Shown in pieces: positions 47,058-56,971 of a stretch of 64,000 nucleotides of DNA. The position numbers and the translations under genes are program-made. A model generated the notes under the pieces. It was not told where the DNA came from, did no database searches, and saw nothing but the letters and a program-made list of their open reading frames with translations. Source of the DNA: a virus; the IMG/VR virus record IMGVR_UViG_3300034200_001536, positions 39,215-103,214 of that record. The stretch is one strand, 5' to 3'. How positions within the stretch are numbered: position 1 is the stretch's first letter; each line of letters opens with the position of its first letter.

Positions 47058-48437
47058 ATGTCGTTTATTAACGAAAAACAATCTTTTGAGCGGTACGGAA
47101 AAACATTCCAAGAAAATCTTGTACAATTAATGCTGGATGACCGTAGTTTTTGCGACCAGATGAATGAGTTGTTGGATACAAATTTCTTTGAACTTAAATA
47201 CCTACGTGTATTCGTAGACAAGATATTTGATTACCGTAAGAAATATGGTACCCATCCATCACGGGATACAATTACAACTATCTTACGTACAGATATTGAT
47301 AAAGAAAACGAACTATTACAAAAGCAAGTTCGTGAATACTTTGCTCGTATATCTTCTAATGAATTCAGCGTAGACGGCGAACAACATATTAAAGACACTT
47401 CTCTTGATTTCTGCAAAAAGCAGAAGTTAAAGGAAGCTATGATTAAAAGCGTAGGTCTTATTCAGAATTCCTCATATGATGAAATTTCTAAAATTATTAA
47501 TGATGCACTCAAGCTTGGAACAGATAATAATCATGGTTATGATTTTATTCTTGACTTTGAAAAACGTTTTGAATTGAAGGCTCGCAATCCAGTTTCAACT
47601 GGTTGGGAGCTTATTGATAACATTTCCAAAGGTGGTCTTGGGCGTGGTGAATTGGGTGTTGTAATTGCTCCAACAGGCGCAGGTAAAAGCATGGCTCTTG
47701 TTCATCTTGGTGCTATGGCTTTACAAGCAGGATTAAACGTAGTGCATTATACTCTTGAATTACAGGATAAAGTAGTAGCCTTACGTTACGATTCCTGTAT
47801 TACTGGCATTTCCCTAGCCGATGTTAAGGAACAAAAAGATATTGTTTGGAATGGCGTAAAGGATGTTAAAGGTAAGCTTATTATTAAAGAATACCCAACG
47901 AAGTCAGCTTCTACCAACACTATTAAGAATCACCTTGAGAAGCTAAAGCGTAAGGATTTCCGAATTGATATGGTCATTGTGGATTACGGTGACCTAATTA
48001 GACCCGTTAGCGCACAAAAGGAGAAACGTATTGAGCTTGAGAGCATCTATGAGGAATTGCGAGGATTAGCACAGGTATATCAATGTTCCCTATGGACAGC
48101 ATCACAAACAAATCGTTCTGGACTAAATGCAGAAGTAATTACGATGGAAAGCATTTCCGAAGCGTTCAACAAATGTTTCGTTGCCGATTTCATCTTCACT
48201 ATTTCCAGAACAATCAAAGATAAAAATATGAATGAAGGCAGACTATTTGTAGCTAAGAATCGCAATGGACCAGATGGATTAGTATTCCCAATTTTTATGG
48301 ATACAAGTAATGTTAAAATAAAGGTTCTTTCTCAAAGTGCAGAAAGTGCAACAGAAATAATTGAGAAGGCAACAAAAAAACAGGAAGAGAATTTAAAGCA
48401 GAAGTACAAAAACTATAAGAAGGAAAAGAAAGGTTAA
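47058..48437 (+). CDS. Replicative DnaB/gp41-like helicase
   Basis: APTGAGKS, TLEL, IVDYGD, TASQTNR, KNRNG. Confidence 0.92.
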   Translation: MSFINEKQSFERYGKTFQENLVQLMLDDRSFCDQMNELLDTNFFELKYLRVFVDKIFDYRKKYGTHPSRDTITTILRTDIDKENELLQKQVREYFARISSNEFSVDGEQHIKDTSLDFCKKQKLKEAMIKSVGLIQNSSYDEISKIINDALKLGTDNNHGYDFILDFEKRFELKARNPVSTGWELIDNISKGGLGRGELGVVIAPTGAGKSMALVHLGAMALQAGLNVVHYTLELQDKVVALRYDSCITGISLADVKEQKDIVWNGVKDVKGKLIIKEYPTKSASTNTIKNHLEKLKRKDFRIDMVIVDYGDLIRPVSAQKEKRIELESIYEELRGLAQVYQCSLWTASQTNRSGLNAEVITMESISEAFNKCFVADFIFTISRTIKDKNMNEGRLFVAKNRNGPDGLVFPIFMDTSNVKIKVLSQSAESATEIIEKATKKQEENLKQKYKNYKKEKKG

Positions 48438-48438
48438 T

Positions 48439-48693
48439 ATGAAAAAAGTTATAATGTTTTCAGCTAGTTGGTGCCGCCCCTGTCAAGCAACAAAACCAAC
48501 ATTTAATGCTTTAAAGGAAGAGTTGAAAGATGTTACTATGGAAGTGGTAGATGTTAATGAACAAGAAGCATTGGCACAAGAACATGAAATTCGTGCGGTT
48601 CCAACTTTCGTACTATTTAATGGCGAGGATGAAGTCGCTCGTATGAGCGGTGGAGCAAGCGCAGAAAAATTAAAAGCATTTATAAATCAATAA
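48439..48693 (+). CDS. Thioredoxin
   Basis: WCRPC and AVPT. Confidence 0.9.
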   Translation: MKKVIMFSASWCRPCQATKPTFNALKEELKDVTMEVVDVNEQEALAQEHEIRAVPTFVLFNGEDEVARMSGGASAEKLKAFINQ

Positions 48694-48706
48694 AGGAAAT
48701 AATAAA

Positions 48707-50578
48707 ATGTCAAACTGGTCCAACCTTGCAAAAGTGGTATATAAGCGTACATATGCTCGTAAAGATTCTGGTCAATTAGAAAATTGGGCAGACACTGTTG
48801 AACGTGTAGTTCGTGGTAATGTTCAAGGTCACAATGTTTCAACAGAAGAGATTGAACGTTTGCGTTATTACTTAATGAATCGCAAGGCGGGTCCAGCTGG
48901 ACGTGGTTGGTGGTACAGCGGTGCACCAAGCCATAAAAAGCTTGGTGGAGTTGCACTTAATAATTGCTGGTTCGTAGCAGGCGACGAATGGAATAATTTC
49001 GTATTAGCACAAGATTTGCTAATGCTTGGTGGCGGTGTAGGTATGAGCGTTGAACACCGCTTTGTAAGCAAGCTACCAAGACTAAAGAAAGATGTAAATA
49101 TAGTCAGCCGTGAAACAAAAGATGCTGACTTTATCGTTCCAGATTCCCGTGAAGGTTGGAATGAATTAACACGTAGAGTATTGGAAGCCTATTTTGTAAC
49201 GGGTAAATCCTTTTCATATTCTACAGTTTGTATCCGCCCAGCAGGAGAACAAATCAAAGGTTTCGGCGGCGTATCCAGCGGTCCAAAACCATTAGTAGTT
49301 TATGTAGAAAAATTAGTAGGACTATTAAAGTCCCGTGAAGGTCGTCATTTACGCCCTGTAGATGCCGCTGATATTCTCTGTTCAATTGGAGAAATGGTTG
49401 TTAGCGGCAACGTTCGTCGTTCTGCAATTATTATCCTTGGCGACCCTTGGGATAAGGAATATCTAAAAGCAAAACGTTGGGACTTAGGCAATATCCCAAC
49501 TCAACGTGCTATGGCTAACTTCTCTGTTGTTGTAGACGATGTAGAAGATTTACATCCCTTATTCTGGAAAACATATGAACAAGGCGAGCCATTTGGTATT
49601 GTAAACCGTAAGAACATCCAGAAATATGCACGCATGGGCGATTTAAAGCCCGATACAGCAGTTGGTGTAAACCCATGTGCAGAAGCTACATTAGAAGATG
49701 GTGAACCATGCAACCTTCAAGAAATTGCGTTACCTAATCTTTTAAACGAAGAAGAATTTATTGAAGCAGCACGTTTAATGCATCGTTGGGGTAAGCGTGT
49801 AACTATGGAAACATATCACCAACCAAAATGTGACGCCGTTGTGAAACGTAATCGCAGAATTGGTACAGGTATTACAGGATGTCTACAAAGTCCGCTATTT
49901 AATCCTGACACATTAGATAGAGCTTATGCGGCAATCCAAAAAGAAAATCGGGACTATTCAAAGGAATTAAACATTCCAGAAAGCATCCGTACCACTGTTA
50001 TTAAGCCTAGTGGAACAATCAGCAAAGTTATGGATTGCTATGAAGGTGTACATCCAGCATACTCACGTCATATCATTCAACGTGTACGTTTTGCTGGTAA
50101 CGACCCGCTACTTCCATTATTACGTGAAGCAGGACATTATATGGAGCCAACTATTCGCTTTGATGGTACATTAGACCACAACACGCAGGTTGTAGACTTT
50201 TATGTTGCAGCACCAGAAAATGCCCCTGTAGCTGACGAGGATTGGACAACATGGAAGCAATTAGATGTTGTTAAAATGGCTCAGAAACATTGGGCAGACC
50301 AAGCAGTAAGCGTTACTGTATATTATAAGCAAAGCGAATTAGAAGAACTAAAGACATGGTTAAAAGATAATCTTAAGTATCTCAAGACTATTTCTTTCCT
50401 TTGCCATAGTGAACACGGGTTTAAACAAGCACCAAAAGAAAAGATTAGCAAAGAACAATATGAAAAGCTATCTGCCAAGATTAAGCCAATTAATATTGAT
50501 GAAAAAGATGTTGGTCAAGCAGATTTGCTTAGTTCTATGGAATGCGCCGATGGAGCAGGAATCTGCCCAGTTAAATAA
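48707..50578 (+). CDS. nrdJ: Class II (B12-dependent) ribonucleotide reductase
   Basis: NNCW, GNVRRSA, NPCAE, CNL, KPSGT, C-terminal Cys pair; no beta subunit adjacent. Confidence 0.88.
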   Translation: MSNWSNLAKVVYKRTYARKDSGQLENWADTVERVVRGNVQGHNVSTEEIERLRYYLMNRKAGPAGRGWWYSGAPSHKKLGGVALNNCWFVAGDEWNNFVLAQDLLMLGGGVGMSVEHRFVSKLPRLKKDVNIVSRETKDADFIVPDSREGWNELTRRVLEAYFVTGKSFSYSTVCIRPAGEQIKGFGGVSSGPKPLVVYVEKLVGLLKSREGRHLRPVDAADILCSIGEMVVSGNVRRSAIIILGDPWDKEYLKAKRWDLGNIPTQRAMANFSVVVDDVEDLHPLFWKTYEQGEPFGIVNRKNIQKYARMGDLKPDTAVGVNPCAEATLEDGEPCNLQEIALPNLLNEEEFIEAARLMHRWGKRVTMETYHQPKCDAVVKRNRRIGTGITGCLQSPLFNPDTLDRAYAAIQKENRDYSKELNIPESIRTTVIKPSGTISKVMDCYEGVHPAYSRHIIQRVRFAGNDPLLPLLREAGHYMEPTIRFDGTLDHNTQVVDFYVAAPENAPVADEDWTTWKQLDVVKMAQKHWADQAVSVTVYYKQSELEELKTWLKDNLKYLKTISFLCHSEHGFKQAPKEKISKEQYEKLSAKIKPINIDEKDVGQADLLSSMECADGAGICPVK

Positions 50579-50592
50579 TCTTTCTTCTTAAC

Positions 50593-50639
50593 AAGGGAGC
50601 GGCACTATGGTACAAAAGACTGTAGTGCCGTTTTCTTTT
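50593..50639 (+). terminator. Long hairpin/terminator after nrdJ
   Basis: AAGGGAGCGGCACTATGGT/ACTGTAGTGCCGTTTTCTT stem with G-U pairs. Confidence 0.65.
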
Positions 50640-50651
50640 GGAGGAATCGCT

Positions 50652-50894
50652 ATGTTTAATATCAAAGTAATTGAAAATGAATTAACAACTCGCTCTAATC
50701 ATGAAGTGCGATTTTCCCATGAGTCATATTATATGTCCGATGATTTTGGTTTCTACCGTAAATTAATCGTGGATAATAAGGACACAGGAATTAAAGTTCG
50801 ATTAGACCAGTTGCAAGAAGCTGAAGAACGTGGTAGATTAGAAGATAAGTACAAAGTCCTGCTAGGACAAATACAGAAGGTCACTAACCAATAG
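50652..50894 (+). CDS. Hypothetical protein
   Basis: GGAGGA SD before ATG 50652. Confidence 0.6.
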   Translation: MFNIKVIENELTTRSNHEVRFSHESYYMSDDFGFYRKLIVDNKDTGIKVRLDQLQEAEERGRLEDKYKVLLGQIQKVTNQ

Positions 50895-50902
50895 GAGAAT
50901 AT

Positions 50903-51163
50903 ATGTCACAATCTGTCGCCAACGTATCTGATAAGCCGAAGTCTAAGGAAGAGCGCATCAAGGATTTTGTTCGTGCGTTAGGGTCTATTGACCAAGCCAT
51001 GCAACCATTTAAAGAACAGCGAGCAGACCTAAAGAAAAACTACGTTGAGAATGATTGGTTGAGCAAGGAAGAGCTAAAATATGTAAGTAAAGCCTATACT
51101 CTTGCCAAGAAGAGCGACTTTGATATCGATAAGTTTGTAGATGCTTTCAACAAGGTAAAGTAA
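50903..51163 (+). CDS. DsbA/GapR-like small DNA-binding protein
   Basis: 86 aa helical IKDFVRAL..I...KEQRADLKK pattern. Confidence 0.5.
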   Translation: MSQSVANVSDKPKSKEERIKDFVRALGSIDQAMQPFKEQRADLKKNYVENDWLSKEELKYVSKAYTLAKKSDFDIDKFVDAFNKVK

Positions 51164-51164
51164 T

Positions 51165-51443
51165 ATGGAATTCAGACCAAAGAATAAATATCTTTTGGTC
51201 GAACAGGTAGAAGATAAGAAGCCAGAGAGTCAAACCTCTGGCTTCATTTTACCTGACGACTATAAGAAAGTAGAAACACATAAGCTAGTTAGATTGCTGA
51301 GCGCACCAAGTGGTTCCTCTTATCACGATTGTCTAGGATGCCTTGTAGTTGTTCCTGCAAACATGGTCGAGGAAATCAAGGTGCATGGAAGAAATTATTA
51401 CGTAGTGCCCGAACAGGGCGTTTATGGCGTATTCTATAACTAG
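51165..51443 (+). CDS. Co-chaperonin GroES-like protein
   Basis: FRPKNKYLLVE...TSGFILPD; YYVVPEQGVYG. Confidence 0.7.
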   Translation: MEFRPKNKYLLVEQVEDKKPESQTSGFILPDDYKKVETHKLVRLLSAPSGSSYHDCLGCLVVVPANMVEEIKVHGRNYYVVPEQGVYGVFYN

Positions 51444-51450
51444 GTGATTA

Positions 51451-52071
51451 ATGAACGATAATACAGTAATCCTCATGGGATATTATGGTAATGATTTAAC
51501 TCACGGTTTGTCTGCTTGGACTAGCACCAATCGAGAGCTTTCAGAAGAAAAGCGTAACCGTCTTCCAAAACTTTTAAATATGCTTGGTTCTGAAGGTCAC
51601 CACACACCCTTTGAAAAGAGCATGTTTCATTTTCTTGTAACTACAGATATTGCTACTCATATTCATATTCTAAAACATCGTGTTGGTGTTTCAGTAAATG
51701 CTGAAAGTGCAAGATATAAGGAATTGAAAGATGATAAGTTTTATGTTCCAAGTGATTGGGATTCAGAAGAACAAGGTAAATACATCGTGTTTATGGAAGA
51801 TGCCCTAAAACAATATCACGATACTCTTAACCGTTTGGTAGCAAAGGGTGTACCACGAAAGCGTGCAAAGGAAAGCGCAAGATTCTATTTACCATACGGC
51901 AATCAGATTACTTCTGATATTTCTTTTAATTTCAGAAGCTTCATGCATTTCCAAGGTTTAAGAAATAGTGAACATGCACAATTAGAGGTGCGTGAGTTAG
52001 CACAAAAGATGTTAGATTTAGTAAGAGCAACTGGTCAATTTGATGAAAGTCTGAAAGCATTTGGTTATTAA
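51451..52071 (+). CDS. thyX: Flavin-dependent thymidylate synthase
   Basis: HHTPFE, KHRVGVSVNAESARY, ARFYLP, HAQLEVR. Confidence 0.9.
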   Translation: MNDNTVILMGYYGNDLTHGLSAWTSTNRELSEEKRNRLPKLLNMLGSEGHHTPFEKSMFHFLVTTDIATHIHILKHRVGVSVNAESARYKELKDDKFYVPSDWDSEEQGKYIVFMEDALKQYHDTLNRLVAKGVPRKRAKESARFYLPYGNQITSDISFNFRSFMHFQGLRNSEHAQLEVRELAQKMLDLVRATGQFDESLKAFGY

Positions 52072-52073
52072 TT

Positions 52074-52625
52074 ATGACTTGCATAATCGGATATCTAAAA
52101 GATAGCGTTGTACATATTGCTGCTGACAGCCAGATAACTTGTGGTACAAGAATAGATGCAAGCGACTATGAAAAAATTCTAATTAATGGCGACATAGTGG
52201 GAGCGTTTTCTGGTAATTTACATTGTGTAAATGCCCTAGAGTCAGAATTTAAAAAAATACAATCTGATAAAGTAACAAGTTTAAAAAATGATTTACATGA
52301 TAATTTTTTAAAACCTGTAAGAGACTTAATTAAACGAAGAGAAATACCAGATAGTTATATAAACTTTAGAGCTTTGATAGCTAAAAAAAACGAATTAATT
52401 GAAACCGATAATCATTATGCTATTTTAGATATTAATGAAAAATTTAGCATAGGTTCTGGTGCATATTATGCTCTAGGAAGTTTAGAAGCTTTGGACAGAG
52501 TGAGTACTCTATCTCTTGAACAAAAATTAAAAACGTCTATTTTAGTTGCTAATAATTATGACACGGGAACAAACGATAATATTAAATATTGCAACACAAA
52601 AGATTTAAAAATTATTAAACTATAG
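52074..52625 (+). CDS. Ntn-hydrolase, HslV/proteasome beta-like
   Basis: N-terminal Thr (TCII), AADSQ, conserved K, IGSGAYYALG. Confidence 0.75.
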   Translation: MTCIIGYLKDSVVHIAADSQITCGTRIDASDYEKILINGDIVGAFSGNLHCVNALESEFKKIQSDKVTSLKNDLHDNFLKPVRDLIKRREIPDSYINFRALIAKKNELIETDNHYAILDINEKFSIGSGAYYALGSLEALDRVSTLSLEQKLKTSILVANNYDTGTNDNIKYCNTKDLKIIKL

Positions 52626-52635
52626 AAAGAGTAAT

Positions 52636-53352
52636 ATGATTAGTTATTTATTTGACATTGACGGAACATTAACACAGCCAAGACAAAAGATAACTCCAGA
52701 ATTTGAGGAATACTTTTTTAATTGGATGCAAGATAGAATGGTATTTCTTGTAACTGGCAGTGACCTAGTTAAAGTAAAAGAACAATTAAGCGAAAGAATA
52801 CTTCTTTCCTGCCAAGGAATCTTTTGTTCTATGGCTAATGAGCTTTATAAGGGAGATAAACAACTATACAAGAATGAGCTAAAGATATCCGATGAATTAA
52901 TCTTTTGGCTTAAGCAGCAATTAGAAAAATCACCTTATCCAGTTAAAAGAACTAACAATCTAGAATTTCGTAGTGGTATGTTAAACTTCTCTGTTGCTGG
53001 TAGAGATTCTACAGTAGAAGAACGTAATGCATATTATGAATGGGATAAGTTAAACGGCGAACGTCAAAGAATTGCGGATTATATTAACAGAACATATCCC
53101 GATATGGAAGCGTGTGTTGGCGGACAGATAAGTATTGATATTCAAAACAAAGGTAAGAATAAAAGCCAAGCCAGTGCATTTGTTCGTATGCACGTTTCTG
53201 AAACAGATATTATATTCTTTGGCGATAAAACAATGGTAGGTGGAAATGATAGAGCTATTGTAGAAGATATAATTAAAAATATGGACGGTTTTAGTGGTTT
53301 CTATCAAGTAGAAGGACCAGAAGATTTAAAAACGATATTAGAGGCAATTTAA
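52636..53352 (+). CDS. HAD-IIB phosphomannomutase-like enzyme
   Basis: FDIDGTLT, VTGSD, EFRSGMLNFS, GGQISIDI, FFGDKTMVGGND. Confidence 0.85.
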   Translation: MISYLFDIDGTLTQPRQKITPEFEEYFFNWMQDRMVFLVTGSDLVKVKEQLSERILLSCQGIFCSMANELYKGDKQLYKNELKISDELIFWLKQQLEKSPYPVKRTNNLEFRSGMLNFSVAGRDSTVEERNAYYEWDKLNGERQRIADYINRTYPDMEACVGGQISIDIQNKGKNKSQASAFVRMHVSETDIIFFGDKTMVGGNDRAIVEDIIKNMDGFSGFYQVEGPEDLKTILEAI

Positions 53353-53886
53353 ATGCATACTTCGTTACCGTATCATTTCTACGTATTTGTAGACAATAAT
53401 TATCTTGGTCCCGAAATGCCATCTGGTTTCACAGAGGGTATTTTACATGGTATATTTTGTAAATCTGGACAATTAATGCTTACGCACGTACAACTCCAAA
53501 CGGGTGCTCATTGGAGTGGTCTGCCTTTATCGGCTTTGTATCATAAAAAAATAAATGACAAACTAAATTATATACAACCATGGGGATGCATGGGAACTGA
53601 AATTACAACTAACTATTTTCCATATCTTGATGGCTTATCTGGTAAAGTCATTAAAGAAAATTGTCTATTTAGACATACTGGTATAATTGTAGACTGGAAT
53701 GACGGTTTTTCTAGATATCCACAAGAACATAAACCTTTGTCTTTATTAGCTTTAGAGCAAGGAAATTTTGCTTTATTGCCGAATAATTATTTTAAAATTT
53801 ATGATAAACATTTTACAGAACAATTAGATGAGGCAAACGTAAATTTAAAAAAATATAAGCGTGGTGAAATGATTTATTGGGAATAA
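53353..53886 (+). CDS. Hypothetical protein
   Basis: 177 aa coupled ORF. Confidence 0.6.
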   Translation: MHTSLPYHFYVFVDNNYLGPEMPSGFTEGILHGIFCKSGQLMLTHVQLQTGAHWSGLPLSALYHKKINDKLNYIQPWGCMGTEITTNYFPYLDGLSGKVIKENCLFRHTGIIVDWNDGFSRYPQEHKPLSLLALEQGNFALLPNNYFKIYDKHFTEQLDEANVNLKKYKRGEMIYWE

Positions 53887-53887
53887 C

Positions 53888-54718
53888 ATGATTCAGCGCA
53901 TTCTTGATTTAGAATACGATAAGTTAGTTGTCGGTTCTGACTTGAGTGCGCTTTCTTATTGTTATGTTAATAAATGTCCAGCTGTTTACTTACGTAACTG
54001 TAGACCGTATCGATATAGCGAAAAAGAAAACTGGCAAGAAGAAATAGCGTTATGGAATGATTTAGCTTTTACACTTTCCATAACAAATTATCTTCCATTT
54101 AGTGATAAAATTATTTCTCTGCGATTAGAAAATAACAAACTCTTGAAAGCTGTTACAAAAAACGGTTTAGTTATTAATATAGCTTTTAATGAATTAATAA
54201 TTAGTGATGATTATAGTTTACAAGGTTTACCGCCAAGTAATTTTAAAACCAGTAATGACAACTGGGTTATAGATTGGTTCAATGTAAACATTGGATGTAT
54301 TCATCCACACGATTTTATCATTGATGAAAATGATAATTTTGTTAAAAAAGTATATTTTTATATTTCTAAAAGACAATATAAGAATGCTACTAAAAAAGAT
54401 TTAGCTGGAGTATCAAAGATAAGTGATGATAATTTAAAATTATTTGACTATTCAGAAACGATGGCTCGTTTTAAAATTTTAAAAATGATGAATAGTATTG
54501 GCATCAAAGGAAATTGGGATAAAACTAATCAAAGATATGTAAAGCCAAGAATTTATTCTACTCACCGTGATGTATACCAATTAGGAAAAAATGTATATGA
54601 AGATTTACCATCTAATATAAAAATGTTGTATGAGTCATATGATAAAATTCTTTCTGGTATCGAAGTAGAAAATGAATATTTTTCTTTTATAAAGAAGCGT
54701 TATGGAATCAATAGATAA
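53888..54718 (+). CDS. Hypothetical protein with degenerate Rossmann-like N-terminus
   Basis: YDKLVVGSDLSAL. Confidence 0.45.
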   Translation: MIQRILDLEYDKLVVGSDLSALSYCYVNKCPAVYLRNCRPYRYSEKENWQEEIALWNDLAFTLSITNYLPFSDKIISLRLENNKLLKAVTKNGLVINIAFNELIISDDYSLQGLPPSNFKTSNDNWVIDWFNVNIGCIHPHDFIIDENDNFVKKVYFYISKRQYKNATKKDLAGVSKISDDNLKLFDYSETMARFKILKMMNSIGIKGNWDKTNQRYVKPRIYSTHRDVYQLGKNVYEDLPSNIKMLYESYDKILSGIEVENEYFSFIKKRYGINR

Positions 54719-55592
54719 AAGTTCTAGAATAGAACACTTAGCAGGAATTGTTCCTGTTGGCGGTCAGAAATTAGATTTTAAAATGCCATGGGAAGATTGT
54801 TTGATGCCTATAGCACAAAACTATTTAGCTGTAGAAAGAGCCGTTTACCAGTGTGTTTTAGCAGGATGCGAGACTATTTGGGTCGTTGGACATTTAGGCA
54901 CACAACCCCTACTCAGAAAAAGAGTCGGAGACACTATAATAGACCCAATTACATTAAATACTAAATATCAGGATAAAACTTTAAGAGAAGTTAGTGTTTA
55001 TTATGTGCCTATTCACCCAAAAGACAGAAGCAAAAGAGATTGTTTAGGATGGAGTGTTTTGTATGGTGCCGACAGCGCTTTTAGAATATCAAGATTTATT
55101 TCTAAATGGATAGCGCCAGAAAGATTTTTTTGTTCTTTCCCATATGGTATCGTTTCTGATGAGAGCTTACGAGAAAATAGACTTTTACTTTCTGGTAAAG
55201 AAAAAATTATATACTCTTATCAAAATAAAACAGTAAAAGATAATTTGCATTTACCTTTTACTTTTGAAGCAGAAGATTATTTCCGTTGTAGAGACATAGT
55301 TAAGCACAAGCAGGCAGAGGAGTGGGGAGAAGCTTCTTCTAGGTTTTATGATTTAAAAACTGTTTTTAAAGGTCTTGCCATAGAACAAGCATCGATGATA
55401 GAATTACCTTGGTTTCACGATATATCATCTTGGGAGGGATATAGAAATTATATTTCTTCTCCAGAGAGCCTATTTTATACAAAACCAACTAATCTGTTTA
55501 AAGGCAATAGAAGAAAACCTTTTGAAAGGAAAAATAATGAGCAAAACAACGGAGAAAATTTACAACCAAATGAGCGCACAATACAAGAATAA
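54702..55592 (+). CDS. Sugar-phosphate nucleotidyltransferase-like (GT-A fold) protein
   Basis: LAGIVPVGG...CLMPI, AGCETIWVV, WFHDISSWEGY resemble NTP transferases; divergent. Confidence 0.55.
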   Translation: MESIDKSSRIEHLAGIVPVGGQKLDFKMPWEDCLMPIAQNYLAVERAVYQCVLAGCETIWVVGHLGTQPLLRKRVGDTIIDPITLNTKYQDKTLREVSVYYVPIHPKDRSKRDCLGWSVLYGADSAFRISRFISKWIAPERFFCSFPYGIVSDESLRENRLLLSGKEKIIYSYQNKTVKDNLHLPFTFEAEDYFRCRDIVKHKQAEEWGEASSRFYDLKTVFKGLAIEQASMIELPWFHDISSWEGYRNYISSPESLFYTKPTNLFKGNRRKPFERKNNEQNNGENLQPNERTIQE

Positions 55593-55782
55593 AATTAAAT
55601 TTCCAACATATTATAACGATTTAACAGTAGACCAACAACTATTCATTGATAATCTTTTAGACGACACGGCGGATGAAAAACTAGAAAAATTGCGTGTTGC
55701 TTATAAAGGAGTTATGGAACATATTAATGGATTTGTAGATAATCTAGAAAAAACAGAATCTATTCTTTTTCCTATAGATTAG
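55537..55782 (+). CDS. Hypothetical protein
   Basis: AGGA SD before ATG 55537. Confidence 0.55.
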   Translation: MSKTTEKIYNQMSAQYKNKIKFPTYYNDLTVDQQLFIDNLLDDTADEKLEKLRVAYKGVMEHINGFVDNLEKTESILFPID

Positions 55783-55789
55783 TTTATTT

Positions 55790-55814
55790 GATGCCTAGTT
55801 AATATGAGGGCATC
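55790..55814 (+). promoter_or_regulatory. RBS-overlapping hairpin enclosing late-motif variant CCTAGTTAA
   Basis: GATGCC...GGCATC; right arm overlaps the GAGGG SD. Confidence 0.45.
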
Positions 55815-55816
55815 TT

Positions 55817-56971
55817 ATGAGAAAGGCACTATTATTATTAATTTTATTATCTTGCGGTAGTCCAAAAATTCAAAAATACAACCTCTGTGGTCAAGTCTGC
55901 CATCCAGACGCTAAAAAAGCTGGTATTGGTGTTTGTACTTTAGGCTATTGGGAATGCGATAATCTACCAGAGCCAGAATGTATTGGATATGGTGCGGCAG
56001 GTAAAGAAATATGTGATGGTTTAGATAATGATTGTGATGGAGCAATAGACGACTCTTTAATTCAAACCTGTCAAACGCAATGTGGTGCTGGATTTGAACT
56101 ATGCGTTAATGGACAATTCATTAATTGCGATGCTCCAAAACCTCAAACCGAAATATGCGATGGAAAAGATAACGATTGTAATGGAAAGGTAGATGATTTC
56201 CAGTTCTTATCACAACCATGTTATACAGGGGACGCTGGAGATTTAATGTATGGCGAATGTCATCCCGGCTCTAGTAGGTGTATAGCAGGAAAAGTACAGT
56301 GCATAAATCAACAATTACCAAAATATGAAAATTGTGATGGTAAAGATAATGACTGTGATGGCGAAATAGATGAAGGTGTAACAAAACCAAATCGCTTAAT
56401 TGATATTGTATTTGTTATAGATGAAAGCGGTTCAATGGAAAACGTTATAAGAAATGTAGCTAATGTTTCTAAAACATGGGTAACAAAATACAATAATAGA
56501 GCAGATTTGAAGTTTGCTGTTGTTGCCGCCCCTTGGTCTAATCCTACATATGATGGGCAAACGTTACTAATACAAGATTTAACAAATGCTAGTATTGCTT
56601 CCGTTGCATTATCCAATCAATATGCTGGTAATTGTGCATATGAACCAACTTGGGATGCAATATATTTATTAAGCAATTCTCTAAATGAATTGGGCTTGAC
56701 GTGGAGAGCGAATTCAGTTAAAGTGATTATCATGTTTACGGATGAAGTAGGTCAGTCTTATGAATATAGTCCACCTTTAATATTACAGGAAGTTGTGGAC
56801 ATGGCAGTACAACAAAATAGACATGTTTATGTTTTCACTATTGCTAATGCTTATTATTCATATCAGCCAATAGCTGATGCAACAGACGGTGGAATGTATA
56901 ATTTATATTTATCACAAGCTGAGATGGAAAGCGTATTAGATTCTATTGTTTCGGAGGAAACGTGCAAATAA
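55817..56971 (+). CDS. Lipoprotein with E.CDG.DNDCDG repeats and vWA domain
   Basis: Lipobox LLSC; three Cys/Asp repeats; IVFVIDESGSM MIDAS; MFTDE. Confidence 0.85.
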   Translation: MRKALLLLILLSCGSPKIQKYNLCGQVCHPDAKKAGIGVCTLGYWECDNLPEPECIGYGAAGKEICDGLDNDCDGAIDDSLIQTCQTQCGAGFELCVNGQFINCDAPKPQTEICDGKDNDCNGKVDDFQFLSQPCYTGDAGDLMYGECHPGSSRCIAGKVQCINQQLPKYENCDGKDNDCDGEIDEGVTKPNRLIDIVFVIDESGSMENVIRNVANVSKTWVTKYNNRADLKFAVVAAPWSNPTYDGQTLLIQDLTNASIASVALSNQYAGNCAYEPTWDAIYLLSNSLNELGLTWRANSVKVIIMFTDEVGQSYEYSPPLILQEVVDMAVQQNRHVYVFTIANAYYSYQPIADATDGGMYNLYLSQAEMESVLDSIVSEETCK

